Program-made: the position numbers and the translations under genes
Shown here: piece by piece, positions 52,025 through 64,000 of the stretch
How the letters are laid out: each line of letters opens with the position of its first letter
How positions within the stretch are numbered: the first letter of the stretch is position 1
Assembly (NCBI GenBank): GCA_010015805.1
Contig: ML978131.1
Coordinates: forward strand, 434,001-498,000
Direction of reading: 5' to 3'
Source: Rhizodiscina lignyota
Lineage: Eukaryota
Length of the DNA: 64,000 bases
The notes under the pieces: model-generated
The model's input: only the letters and a program-made list of their open reading frames with translations
Told to the model about the DNA's origin: nothing
Database searches by the model: none

Positions 52025-54024
52025 ATGGAGAAGAGAAACATCAGCAACGAGGTGCATGAGACACCACTTTCGACTTTCCTTTGGGGTGGGAAGGACCGGA
52101 TACAGAGACGCAAGCAGGTTGTCAAAGCACTGACTTCGAACCCAATCTTTTCAAACTACCCGCCACCCGGATCGTTGGCTCGTAAAGAATCATGGACCAA
52201 GGCAGTGCATCAGGCGAAGGAACTCATCGCGATCAGCTTCAGGGAGAAATGGACTCATGAACAATTCCGAGATGCTGTTCGAATGTTTGATGGCATGTTG
52301 CCAGTCCAGCCACAATATCGCATTTTCCTTTCGAATCTAGAGAGACAAGCCTCAGATGAACAGAAGGCAGAGTGGGTCCCAAAGGCTGAGCATTTCGAAA
52401 TATTCGGCTCATACTCGCAAACCGAATTAGGCCATGGATCGAACGTGAAGGCTATCGAGACGACTGCTACATTTGACAAAGAGACGGACGAGTTTGTCAT
52501 CAATACTCCATCGGTCAGTGCCACTAAGTACTGGATTGGCACGACCGGCATCTGGGCAACTCATTCGCTCATTGTTGCAAAACTCATCATCGATGGGAAG
52601 AACTACGGCAATCATTTGTTCTTTACGCAGCTTCGTGACCTCAACACGCAGAAGCTTATGCCAGGCGTGGAAATTTACGAACTTGGTCCAAAGGCTTTCC
52701 AAAGCATGGTTGGTGTTGACAATGGTGCCATGCAGTTTCATAATGTCCGCGTTCCACGGTCACAAATGCTCTCTCGAAACGCCCAGGTCAAACGAGACGG
52801 TACTTACGTACCCCCAAAGAACGTGAAGCATTCTTACGGTTCCATGATCACGGTTCGGGCCATCATGGCTGAGATTACTGGATACGATCTGTTGAAGGCC
52901 GTCGCTGTAGCTTTTCACTACACGACATTCCGAAAGCAGTTCCAGCAGAAGGGTAAGAGCGAGGAAACCACTGTGTTTGACTATGCTAGCGTCAGATACC
53001 GCTTGCTGCCACTTCTAGCACAAGGAACCGCGCTTGTCATTGTGGGCCAGCATGTGAAAAGGAAGTTTGATCAGTACACCGAGGCCATGGTCAAGACCGG
53101 AGATATATCAGGCCTTGAGGACATCCATTTGCAGACTGTTGGTGCCAAAGTTTATGCAACGCATATCGCTGCGCATGGCATTGAAGTTTGCAGAGTAGCT
53201 TGCGGAGGTCACGGCTTCAACGCCTTGTCCGGATTTGGTCGAATGTACGCCAATTCAACGAAGGATCTCACTGTTGAAGGTGACAACTATGTCATCTCTC
53301 AACAAGTGCCGCGTGCGATTCTCAAACACTACGATGCAAAGTCGGAAAACTCTGTTCCTAGTCTCTCTTACCTTTCTCTTCTGAGGGAGGCTCAGCCGAA
53401 GCAGAAACTGTCGGTTCGCTCGAAATCTGACTGGTTCGCTTTAGAGAATCAGCAGTGGGTGATGGAGAGGCGACTAGCACATCTCGTAGAGCAACACATT
53501 CGTGCCACCAAGGCTGGAAAGGACACGAGCTTTTCGGTGCATGAGTTGACAATGGCACACAGCGATTACACTTACTGGAGAGGCCTCTGGGAAGTGATTC
53601 CCTCCGTCGACTCCTCCATTGCGGAGCCTTTGAAGGCCATTGGACAAGTGGTACGTCTTTCCATTCGAAACTATATACATGGATGCTGATATTTGTACAG
53701 TTCTCTTTGCATATTTTGCAGCATGCACATAAAGACTTGTTCGGCGAGTACGCCTTGTCTGCAGCTCAGCGTGACTCGCTCGCGGATGCGTATGACGACG
53801 CCGTCCAGGACCTGGCTAAGTATGCCAGAGACGTCATAGATGGATATGGCTTTACAGAATGGGAGATGGATAGTGCGTTAGCAAAGGCGAAGGACACGCC
53901 ATATGAAGCGTTGTTCAAGGGGGCTCAGGCGAGCGAAATGAATCATTTGCAGCATCTGTGGCCATTTATTATCTCGGTGAGGAACGTTTGGAAGGAGGTC
54001 CAAGCCGAGAAGGCCAGACTGTAG
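52025..54024 (+). CDS. Peroxisomal acyl-CoA oxidase (PTS1 -ARL)
   Basis: YSQTELGHGSNV..ETTATFD, KYWIG, GVDNG, CRVACGGHGF, TVEGDN (catalytic Glu); intron 53651-53700. Confidence 0.95.
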
Positions 54025-54255
54025 TCTGCAGATTGAACTCTATGTAAAATTTAATCAACCGATCTTCCAATCTGCTTCACTATCACACGATATCTTGCCA
54101 TCTTTGTGGGCTGTAAATTCTAACTTAAAGGGGTTAGCGTTGTTATTGCCTCGGTGGAAGCGTCCCGGTGGAGCAGCGTTATCTCACCGTTCACGCCGCA
54201 TCCGGCGGGAACAGCGATAACCAATACAGAAGGATGACTGAAAGAACAACGCCAG

Positions 54256-56926
54256 ATGGCGAATTTTTCTGGGTTTGCGACACCATACGTGGGAACCAAA
54301 TCGACAAGGAGAGCATGTGGGACCTGTCATAGCAGGAAGGGTGAGTTGACAAGTTCTTTGATATCACGTCGATCTCCTGTTTCGGTTTCGGGGCGATATG
54401 CACCTCTCGTATTGGATGGAAGAAACACAGCGTCTACAGGTGAGAAAGAGATGGATGCGGTTATTGTTCCACTGCATGAGGTCTAGAAGCTGTTAACGGC
54501 GGAGCGTCCATGATGTTCATCGGTGCCTATCGAGCGCCGCATGCCTGGCGACAGTCCCGGATGTTGCCATTTTGAAGTCGAATTGCGAGAAACAAGTCTA
54601 ACAATTGGTAGTGCGATGCGATGTTGCAACGACTGGAATTCCTTGCTCCAACTGTACAGCCTTAGAGAAGACTTGCGAGTAAGCCTTATCAGATACAGCC
54701 CAATGCTCAGTTGCGCATGTCACTTACGCACAATAGGATCCAGCCAAGGAAACGCCGGAAGTTACAACAGGTAAGAAACCTTTGGTCCAACGATCAGTCT
54801 CAAAGTTCAACATTGTCTCAATATATCCCGACTGCTCTGGAGTATTTCCGAAGGTGGAAGATCGATTGAAAGCCTTCAACCGCTCCAGATGAGCCGCGTC
54901 CTGAAAAAGCGGAAATAAGCGCATATGGGCTTGGCTAAGATATTTTCTAAACTATAGTCCGATACCAACGATAGCAACGACGCGAATGATGAGCGTACTA
55001 TTGACAATGGTCCTAGCGGGCCTGAGGAGAGTCCTCCCAGAACGCGACCTGAAGCTCAAGATCCTAATTCACGATATCCGACAACTCCAAATTCGGCTAC
55101 GAAACCACCGAGTGAGAACAACCCACCTCCCACTAATCGACCGCGAAGGGGATCATCTTTCCCTGTCCCGTTTGTTAATGCATCGGCAATTTCTCCCCAC
55201 TTGTACAGCGATTCATCCACCGTCGAGCACCATGCTCCTGTTGCAACCAATGGGGTAGAAGGGATGCCGTCGTTCATAAATCGGGGTGCTATTCTACCCG
55301 ATACCGTCCCTGGACTGGATACTTCCCCTGCGAACTCTGCCTCGAGCATGCCTGGGAACCAGATCTCCCAGACAGATTTACAAGTCTTGAAACTGCGCAG
55401 CGCCTTCGACCTACCCCCGCTTTCTCTGCGGCAGAGTCTGATAGATGCATTCTATGAGAAGTGCTGGACGTGGATGCCGGTTGTTGAGCCAGATTCATTC
55501 AGCCAGGGCGCTCCATCTTTCCTGCTACTGCAGGCAGCGTGCCTGGCGGGCTCACAGATGCGGCTTTCGGTGTCGAATTTTGCATCTTCAGCTGAGTACT
55601 TGGCTCGCGCAAAAGCACTTCTTGACGCCAATTTCGAGAGGGATCCATTAAAGGTGCTTGCTGCACTCTGTATGATTCAAATGTGGAATGGCACATCACC
55701 GAACATCGTCTCAACGACTACGTCTCGATTCTGGATTACGTATGCCATTAGTCTAGCTCAACAGCTAGGGCTCCATAGGATTTCCAAATCAGGCACGAAA
55801 GATTACGGACTTCGAAAGCGAATATGGTGGACAATATATGTAAGGCAACTGTAATATTTGGAAGATCCATGTCTAACTTTTTCGATAGGCACGCGACAAT
55901 TTTATTGCGTCTGCGCATGGACGGCCGCGATTGATCAATATCCAGGACTGTACTATCGACAGGCTGACCTTGGAGGACTTTCCGGACCCACAGGACCCAC
56001 GAAATGATATCTTCCGTTTTTATGTATCAATATGCGGCATTCTTGGTGACCTTTGCGAGATGCTCATGCGCCGCTCACATTTGAGCTCCCATGAAAGAAG
56101 CGCTATTGGCGCGGATCTACTGCGATGGCAGCGCGCCTTACCAGAGAGGTTACGGCTTTACGATGCCGAAGGAAAAGCTTTGCCATATAACTTTGAGGTT
56201 GCGCGCCTGCATATTGTCTATTTCACAACAGTCACAATTCTCTTCCGACCCCCTTCTGTCTATAGGCTATCGCCTAATAACACCGCTGCTGTCATTGCAT
56301 CTTCGATGAACTGCCACCTTGTGGAGGCCTTTCTTCTTCGGGACCAAGCACATTATTTGTCCGGTCAGGAAACGTGGCAATTACTTGTTGCGGCGATTCC
56401 GCAACTCTCCTCCTGGCCTGTTCCTAGTCTTTGGCAGGAAGCTCAGTCGGGCTTGGATGTCATTGAGGAGGTCCTTACAATAATGGGACGCAAGTTACCA
56501 TCGGCGGTAAACAATCTGCGCAACGTACGTTTGCTTCGATCTGCAATTGCGAACGGTACCATAGCGGCGTCAACGGCTCCAAGAGAACCCCCTGGAGAGG
56601 ACAACAGCTACGCATACTTCTGTCCCTGCGATTTGTTCGAGTCTTTCGGAACTGACGTTAGCAACAATTATCGGCAAGTCGAGAGGCTGCTCAGCGACCT
56701 GTTAGACCCCCAGACCGAGAGTATGATCGGAGCCAGTGAGGAAGCAGGACCTTACCTGGCAAATGGCGGCATTACACCAGTTCAACCTGAAGATCAATCG
56801 GGGATCGGCAGCGTGCCCGACATGTTGAACGGGGAGAGCAGTTTCTACGAGGGACTATCCGGCTTTGATATGTTCGATCAAAATAACTGGATGGTCAACT
56901 GGGTATTCGATCAGAACATGCCATGA
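54256..56926 (+). CDS. Zn(II)2Cys6 transcription factor with Fungal_trans domain (Ctf1/Far-like)
   Basis: Spliced binuclear cluster ACGTCHSRK|VRCDVATTGIPCSNCTALEKTC, NLS-like RKRRK, RKRIWWTIYARD..HGRPRLI. Introns 54341-54611, 54679-54736, 54771-54957, 55840-55888. Confidence 0.92.
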
Positions 56927-57062
56927 AGAATTGAGATACCAGAATTTCTTCCGCCAAGCAGAAAGCTTGCATTATCGAAGCTAAAATGCTGGATACTTGA
57001 TACCCTCGATCTGCGGGGGCTACGGTCTGCATTCCCGGCATCAAAGGTCACGAAGAACTCTA

Positions 57063-58781
57063 TCAGCCAAATCCAATCGCTTCAGCAAGGCTTTTTGGCA
57101 AAAGCCCTCGCTCCTCCATCTCGCTTGCCACATCGCGCACCCTTTCCAGCGCCAAAGACATCCGCTTCGCTCCATCTTGGATGAACGCAAGTACATTCGC
57201 AGACGTACCCAGGGCCTCTACGATGAGTCTCCTCACGTTAACCTCCTCTAAAAGTTCATTCGGATCTGTGCCATCTTCTCCAAGTTCGTGGCTTTGTGCC
57301 GCGCGCGACGCGCAGGCTCCAGCGAAGCTGTATGATTGGTCTGCGTCTGAAAGCGACTGTACGTCAGGAGCAGTAGTTTGCTGTGTCGTTGCCGCGACAA
57401 TTATATACATGCGAAGGCGAATATCCCCGTAAAGGAGCAGCAGTTGAGCTCGCTTTAGTTGCGGATAAGGTTCAGCGCCAACCATGGACTGAGATTGCGA
57501 CAAGACGGGAAGGAAATCATCGAGAGTTGCTTTCGCTTTCTCCAGAACGGAATAGAGCGTTTTTGCAGAAGAGAGATTGCTTAGTTCGTTCTGGTCTTTC
57601 ATTCCAGCGGCCGCAAGATCGTCAAGCGCATCTGCGTACGAGGAAGCAACAGACAGAAGGTACTTCGCGGCCACATTTGAGGATGCATCTCGGGCTATCT
57701 CGTCGCCAACGATCGTCTCGAATGCGTCTTTGAGTCGCACTGCGTAGGTCTCAAGATCTGCAAGACTGCTTCGATACTCCGCATCAGCTGCAACTGCTCG
57801 GAAATTCGCAACGGCGATGTTGGCTTCAGCTCTCGCTTCCGATTGAGGATTTCGGGGAACTTGGGTTTGTGTGGATGGGGTGAAAGTAGCGGTTGCATTG
57901 GAAGTGATACTGAGGACCGGAAGACTTGCAGTAGACTCAACGTCCTTTGTAGATGTTGTCGGTATTAATGAAATGTACGAAGAGATCTTTGTTTGGATGA
58001 GAGGGTTCGCAATCTCTGTTAATGAAGCGAGTGTGCTGCTTGGTACTGGGACTGACAATGATATCAACGTGCTCAAGCAGGACAGCTGCGCCAAGGCACT
58101 TTCAAGAAGAGTGTCTGCAGTTATAGGGTCTTCGATTAATGCCCATTGCTGTGCAGGTTCGCTTGTGGTTGAAGAAGTTTCTATCACTTCTTCAGTCTGG
58201 GTTTCCGCTGACGCGGCCATGTTGTCGAATTGAACTTGAGCTTCTGCAAGATCGGACTGGCGCTCGTAGAACTCCATTTCCTGCCTCGAGAGGCATGACG
58301 AGAAGAGCTCGACCGCCTCTTGAAGTAGTTGAATCGCATTCTCTTGTGATCCAGAGGCTCCTTCATCGTCCAGCTCCTCTGCAAGGCTCGTGAGGACTTG
58401 TGCAGTGTTGAACAAGACATCAGCGTTTTGCTCATTCAGGCGCAGCGCATAACGATGAGCCTGCACCGTCTCCTTCAATATCTCCAGGCGCGGGCCTAAG
58501 TGCGGTAATATTCGCGGGTCTTGATACAGCTCGTATTGCAGATGAGCTTTGTTGTAGGCCAGGTCAAAGGACTCTGGAAATTTCAGTAGTCCGGCATTGT
58601 ACGTCTCTATCGCGCGCACGAAAAACCTCGTGGCTTTAACAGCGTCGCCAGCTTTCCACTTGCCGCCTCCTCTTTCGTGTTCATCTGCGAGTTCGAGAAA
58701 GTCGTTTTCTGATTCGGGAAGGGCTTGTTTGCTGGAGCCGGCCTTCTTCTTTGGCTTTGGAGCTTGCTTTAATTTCGCCAT
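57063..58781 (-). CDS. Conserved fungal TPR-like helical protein (UPF0656-like)
   Basis: 572-aa single-exon ORF; GGKWKAGDAVKATRFF..SFDLAYNKAHLQY..NADVLFNTAQVL TPR-like pattern. Confidence 0.7.
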   Translation of the reverse strand: MAKLKQAPKPKKKAGSSKQALPESENDFLELADEHERGGGKWKAGDAVKATRFFVRAIETYNAGLLKFPESFDLAYNKAHLQYELYQDPRILPHLGPRLEILKETVQAHRYALRLNEQNADVLFNTAQVLTSLAEELDDEGASGSQENAIQLLQEAVELFSSCLSRQEMEFYERQSDLAEAQVQFDNMAASAETQTEEVIETSSTTSEPAQQWALIEDPITADTLLESALAQLSCLSTLISLSVPVPSSTLASLTEIANPLIQTKISSYISLIPTTSTKDVESTASLPVLSITSNATATFTPSTQTQVPRNPQSEARAEANIAVANFRAVAADAEYRSSLADLETYAVRLKDAFETIVGDEIARDASSNVAAKYLLSVASSYADALDDLAAAGMKDQNELSNLSSAKTLYSVLEKAKATLDDFLPVLSQSQSMVGAEPYPQLKRAQLLLLYGDIRLRMYIIVAATTQQTTAPDVQSLSDADQSYSFAGACASRAAQSHELGEDGTDPNELLEEVNVRRLIVEALGTSANVLAFIQDGAKRMSLALERVRDVASEMEERGLLPKSLAEAIGFG

Positions 58782-59026
58782 GGACGGTCTTCTGGAGATT
58801 GGATTTCACTGAGAAACGCTCTTTTACTGTGGCGAATGCAAGAACTTTGCGTTGATTAGTTGATTATAAAAGTTTAGGGTCAGGTCATGTCACACCCACC
58901 TAATGCAGATCCACGGTAGATTTTCGATACTGTAAATGAGCTAGGCCTAATTAGTGATAAAATATACTTTGCGCATCGCGAACTTCGACATGAAATGAAC
59001 AACTCCGTCTTCAAATTGCCTTCACA

Positions 59027-59771
59027 ATGGCATGCGCGAAGTGTCCATCACAATTACGGCATGCTCCACAAGAGCTTTTAGTGCTATTATCGTCTCCGCT
59101 GCACCGTCCCTTCCACTCTCGATCGTCCCTCCAATTCGTCCTTCGCAATTCGCGTATCGCGTCGACTTCATCTCTTCCACGCGTCGCTCAACCGTCCCTA
59201 TGGGAGTCACTCATTCCCAAAGCTCTCCGAAAGCGTCCTGCGGACCAAAAACCAAACCAAAGCGTCCTTAATAATGCTCGAAAGAACCCTGCAACTCCAT
59301 TTATATTGCTTGGGTTGCTCTGCGGCTCACAAGCAATCCATACCATCCGGATAAAAGGCGAGATAGCAGCTTATAGCAGGAAAACAGATGCGAAGATACA
59401 CCAACTGAGGACGGTGATCGAGAAGGTACAAGCGGGCCAAATAGTTGATGTCGAGAAAGAGCTAGGGACAGGCGATCCAAATAGTGAGAGAGAATGGCGT
59501 GAAGGTGAGCTTTACCTCCTACATATGGAGTTCATTGGTTGCTTACGATCATATGTGGACAGTCATCGAAGAGATCGAGAAAGAAAACCCTCTTTGGCAA
59601 GGAAAGAGGCAGAAAAAGAAACGAAAGGAAGACGACGCAAGCACACCCTCTGAGCCTACAGCTAAGATGCAAGCAATACCGATTGAGAGCGTGACAGATT
59701 CTTCAGCAGCATCGCCTTCGCAGGCCGAATCGGTTACCACGCCTGACGACCGAAGGCCCAGATTCTATTAA
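59027..59771 (+). CDS. Small conserved fungal protein, probably mitochondrial membrane (DUF5321-like)
   Basis: Arg/Ser-rich presequence, NPATPFILLGLLCGSQAI TM segment, DVEKELGTGDP..EREW; intron 59505-59562. Confidence 0.7.
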
Positions 59772-59894
59772 ATATATTCGCCATCTGGGTTTCCATTGTT
59801 TAGCAAGATTATTGTTCTTGTGCATATTATTGACGCTAAGCCGATTACCTGTTTTTCTACCTTCCACTAAAATCAGCTCTATAGCGGCTCTTCG

Positions 59895-61919
59895 TCAAGT
59901 GCTCCCTTCTAGCGTGTAGTGCTGTTCTTCCCAGAGGCATCTTTCACATTTGCAGACGCCGCCCAAAGCACCTGCAGCCCATTCTCGCCTTTCTCGGACA
60001 TCCAAATCTACGTCGCAATAGTGGTTCATGACCTCTTTGCCCTTTTGCACACCGGCCTGCCTCTTGTCGCCGACTGGCTTCCCTAACCACTGCGCTCTCT
60101 CAGGCTTCACCCAAAACTTCATTTTGCCTTCCCATTCCCAAGTTCCATGCGGATCGCAACTATGGTTTGCTAGGGACCAGAGCGGATGGACAGCACTAAC
60201 ATCTGGACGGCCGTCATGTCCTTGTCTGGCTGAGGCAGTACCCCGGAACTTGGAGTAGAGCGTGTTCAGCACCCATGTATCGAACCGGCCGCCATTGTCG
60301 AAGATGTTGACGTCCATCTTCTCAAGCATATTCAGAGGCATCAGGATCTGATACTTGAACGAAAATGGCAATGCTCGAGGCAGACTACCATGCGCATTCG
60401 TGGAGTCTTGATTAAAGATATCCCAAGGAGAGCGTGAACAAAAATCACCCCAGAGGTATTTCACTTCCTTCACATCTAAGGGATGTATGTCTTGAGTTTC
60501 TGACATAGCCATTGCTCGCAAGAGGAGGAGGCTATATAATGCATCTGCTACCTCGACCGGTGGAACGTCTCTGGCTATGGCAGAAATATCTCTTCCGCAT
60601 ACGGCCGGGTGATAAGTCTCCTGAGCCATCTCGAGGCATGATTGACTGCAAAAAACAGCGTCATCGCACTCATCACAGCAGACAGTATTCGTCCGACTAT
60701 CGATGGAACTTGTTGGAGCATTTGCTATGCTGGGCAACGTAGCACTGCAGGCATCGCAGAAGTCGCCATGCAAGCGGCTGTTGGCAGTCAAGAGGGAAGT
60801 CTCCAGAAGGACCGTCTCTCCTGGCTTGAGTTCGTCCTTGGCGAAGACTCCAAATTGTCGTGTTACTGATGATTCTCTATTCGCGGATTAGTAAGACCTT
60901 CGACTTCAGAAGCCTTTATTTCAAAATGGACTCCAAGATCAGACCACTTACGAGCTCCCCGATGCATTCGGGCTAAGTACAGGAAGCGCAGTAGCTCGTA
61001 CCTCAAGCTTCGGTCCCGCGTCCTGCATCCACTCGTTCAAGAAATTCAGTGTCTCTTCCGCGAATCTATCCGGCTCATGATCATTCCATGGGTATAATTC
61101 TCTACGTACTAGACCCGACTCAGGCAACGCTTGCACACCGATATCGACTAAGGCTCTGCGCAGGTCATCCCTTGACAAGTGAGGGTGCTTTTTCATCATC
61201 TGAGCGTAAAGCTCAGAAGCACTGCGCAGGCAACCACATGCCGCGAGATTTGCAATCAGAGCAGTATAAGATGCTTCTGAGAATGGACCCTCTGCCCAGA
61301 GGGATACCTCTTCGTCCGTAGTTTCAGACGTTACTCCGTCCCTTTTCAACTCTTCCCCAGTTGATTCGATCTGTGTCGCAATAGCTTGCCTGGCTGCCTC
61401 AAATGCGAGCTCATGGTATTCTCCGCTCTCGTCACAGACCTCGTCGACCAGCAAGAGCGCTTTGTATGCTTCGCCAGCAGCCAGATCCGGATAGCGGAGA
61501 GTTTGATATGTATCAGCAAGAGCCAAACGGAGAGTGATGTTATATGGCTCGCTTTTAACAAGAGCTTGTAGTTCCTCAAGCCGAAAGAGACCGTTTCGAT
61601 ACTCTCGCTGGTTCTGTGTGATTTGTGGGATCTGCTTCCGTGTTAGGTCTCTTTCGAGCTACGTTGGAGGAAGACAGACATCAGGTCGCCACTGTGAATC
61701 TGATGTTGCCACTGAGAGCTCCCGGGTGGTATCGTAGTTTCTCAGATAGTTTTTATATGAACATAACTTCAAGTTTTCGATGTTCTGGTTCTTGTTGTCG
61801 TGGACGGCTGTTGAGTCGCTATCATGTGTCCAATCGCAAATGTGTCTGCATGATTCGATCGATAAATTCAAGGTACGCAGAGCGTTATCTAGGCGCTTAA
61901 TAGCCTTAGGAGATTCCAT
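59895..61919 (-). CDS. SET-domain lysine methyltransferase with MYND-like insert (Set5/SMYD-like)
   Basis: YPDLAAGEAYKALLL, CDAC..CDEC..FCSQSC..YH, ANHSCDP, YCD, post-SET CKCERC. Introns ~60877-60951 and 61632-61679; the start codon is uncertain. Confidence 0.85.
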
Positions 61920-62953
61920 TTGTGCACTTTTATTGAAATTAATTACTTCGCTAGGTGCTAATCGACGAAGGGGGTAAGAAATTTTTTAAGTTATAGTTAT
62001 GTAAGCAGAAGTGGAGACAAATTTGCGCGGAATCGTCTCAACTTTCTTCCCCCTGACATCATTTTTGCAGCTGGAAAAATGGATAGGATAATCCGATGCC
62101 GAATTCCAACCCATGTCACGTGCCGCGCATACCCCTTTCGACGTCGGGCGTCCATAGCTCACACCCATTATATTGTACAGTCATTTCCTCATTATCGTAT
62201 GTCGTGATTATGGTGGATACTTTGTCTATGGCTATGATACTTTGGTCTGCAGTCCCTGTGATCGCCATCAACTTTCGGCAATAGCGGACGCCCTTGATCA
62301 GCTGAACCCCGGAAGCTTTATCGTCACGAAGTAGACAAGCCCATAATGAGGCATTCAGTGTCATTATGCTTCGCTGACTCCTTATATGATGTCATTGGCC
62401 TTGAGGACCACTTTCTCTTCTCGCAAGTCGGGCCCTGTCTCCACTGCTACGCTACTTCAGGAGATGCAGTTCGAACGTGCGTAATCATAAGAGATGGGAC
62501 TATAGGATACTCTCTCAGTCCAGTAACTCGTGAGTATTTTAGTAAGGCTTTCTGTGTAACATAAATTTGTCTTGTTTCATGTCGCCTGCCATCTTACCCC
62601 CAGGAGAAGGCGGATGTGGAGAACGGACAACACCATCTTCGAAAGATTAAAAATGAAAGAGATTTAAAGACTACAAACAGTATCAGAAACCGATGATTAT
62701 GGAACCCCATGGAATGCACTGAGATGCAGCAGGTGAAGTTGAGGTGGGCTTTGGGCTTTGTTGGTGAGATTGTCCAAGTTGGGAAAACCTGTGGTCACCC
62801 ATCACTTCACTTGACTTAACACGACGAAACTCCCAGCCACCCGACAAACTTTTAACACATGGCGAACCTCCCAGGCAGCACTTCTATTCTCGGTGTGGTC
62901 CTCTGATTCGTCAATTGGTCCTATTGACCAGCCACCTTAACGATACTTTCAAG

Positions 62954-64000
62954 ATGAGTCCTCCACCGGAGCCTCCAGTCTCCTTTGCTCCCGACACCTC
63001 TGCGCCCAACTCATCCGCTCCCGACTTCTCTACTCCCGACTTTGATCCCGTCGCATGGTTGCAGAAGGGTAGGAACAATCTTGCAGCGTGGCGCAAAACT
63101 ATTGAGCAGAATCAGCGGCCTCAGGTACACCGCCAGCCACAGCTCGTTGAGGACGAATTGAGCAACATGGCCAAACCAATGGCAAAAAAATCGATTGCGA
63201 AACGAGACCCGACCTTGGATAAGCTTCTCAGCTCCCCAGTCGTCAAGTTCACATTCCCAGACCTTGCGCCATATCCTTCGCCTATGCAATGTCGTGAACT
63301 CGCACCATATCACGCAAAACGAGTTCAGTTCACGCTTCACTCAATGGCGGATGATCTCTACAATCACTTGAAACTCTCAGAACTTTGGAACAAGACTGTA
63401 AGCAATATTGAACCGAGCAGCGCAAAAAAAACAGCTGACGCTTACCCGTTTTCAGCTTCGCGACGGACACAACGACTTGCTGTGGTTCCTTCACCGCGTC
63501 AATCTCGAAAAGCCGACTACGCCAGCTTCTGCCGTTAGAACCACCGCGAAAGACATGGCCTTCGGAAGTTTCTTCGACGAAGAGCTACCTTTCCCCTTGA
63601 CTCTCAAGATCTCGCCCAACACTGGCCGCATGAGGCGCCGCGTGACACCGCTCCGCTTTGGCGATCTCACCGACTTCGAAGACCTGTACTACATGATCTG
63701 GCACAAGGTGCTTACAGTCTACCAAGACTTGCGAGTAAGATATGCTTGCGGATTCATCTCACGAGAAAGCGTCATTCACCACCACGGCGTCACCCTTCGT
63801 GAAGAGAAGCCTTTCACTGTCAAGGAGCTGTCCTGGTTTCTACAAGCGGCCTGGGCAGAGCTCACTGATCCCCAACTCATTGTCGCGTTGGACTCAGCGC
63901 TCGGTGCTCGGTACCTTCAAGAGGACTTAGTCCCTGGCTACGACCCGCAAAAGCATTCGCTCGAGGATGAACTCCGTATTCGACAGGCCTACAGCAACCG
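62954..64000 (+). CDS. Hypothetical protein, 3'-truncated by the window edge
   Basis: ATG 62954; intron 63398-63455 (GTAAGC..GCTGAC..CAG) joins a frame that stays open to the window end; no family recognised. Confidence 0.6.

Noticed and set aside
18085..56926. PAL and the peroxisomal cluster as a single cinnamate-to-benzoate supercluster
   Set aside because: They are 28 kb apart and separated by housekeeping genes; cinnamoyl-CoA is already unsaturated and needs no acyl-CoA oxidase; the ligase is not 4CL-like.
61632..61679. In-frame TAG (61659-61661) between two SET-gene ORFs, suggestive of A-to-I stop correction or readthrough
   Set aside because: It lies inside a plausible 48-nt intron (GTCTGT..CCTAAC..CAG) whose removal keeps the frame.

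Overview
Eukaryotic, intron-containing DNA from a filamentous ascomycete (GT-AG introns of about 50 nt with CTRAY branch sites; Dothideomycete-like by impression only). About 20 protein-coding genes were reconstructed by hand from the ORF track and splice signals. Housekeeping genes: G3BP/Nxt3-like NTF2-RRM protein, Tho1-like SAP protein, Pho4/NUC-1-type bHLH factor, G-protein gamma subunit, eIF3a, SMC1 and a SET/MYND protein. Two accessory metabolic loci stand out. (1) At 48.7-56.9 kb, a tight four-gene cluster encodes a malonyl-CoA-synthetase-like acyl-CoA ligase, a crotonase-fold enzyme lacking both canonical catalytic glutamates, an acyl-CoA oxidase and a Ctf1/Far-like Zn2Cys6 regulator. 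All three enzymes end in PTS1-like tripeptides, and the promoters share an AATCGCCG/CGGCGATT motif, suggesting a self-regulated peroxisomal pathway for an unknown carboxylic acid. (2) At 11.9-20.5 kb, a His-Gln-type (PAL/TAL) aromatic ammonia-lyase converges with an atypical cytochrome P450 inside gene-poor DNA. No rRNA, tRNA, CRISPR or intact transposon was recognised. All family calls come from motif recognition, not database searches.
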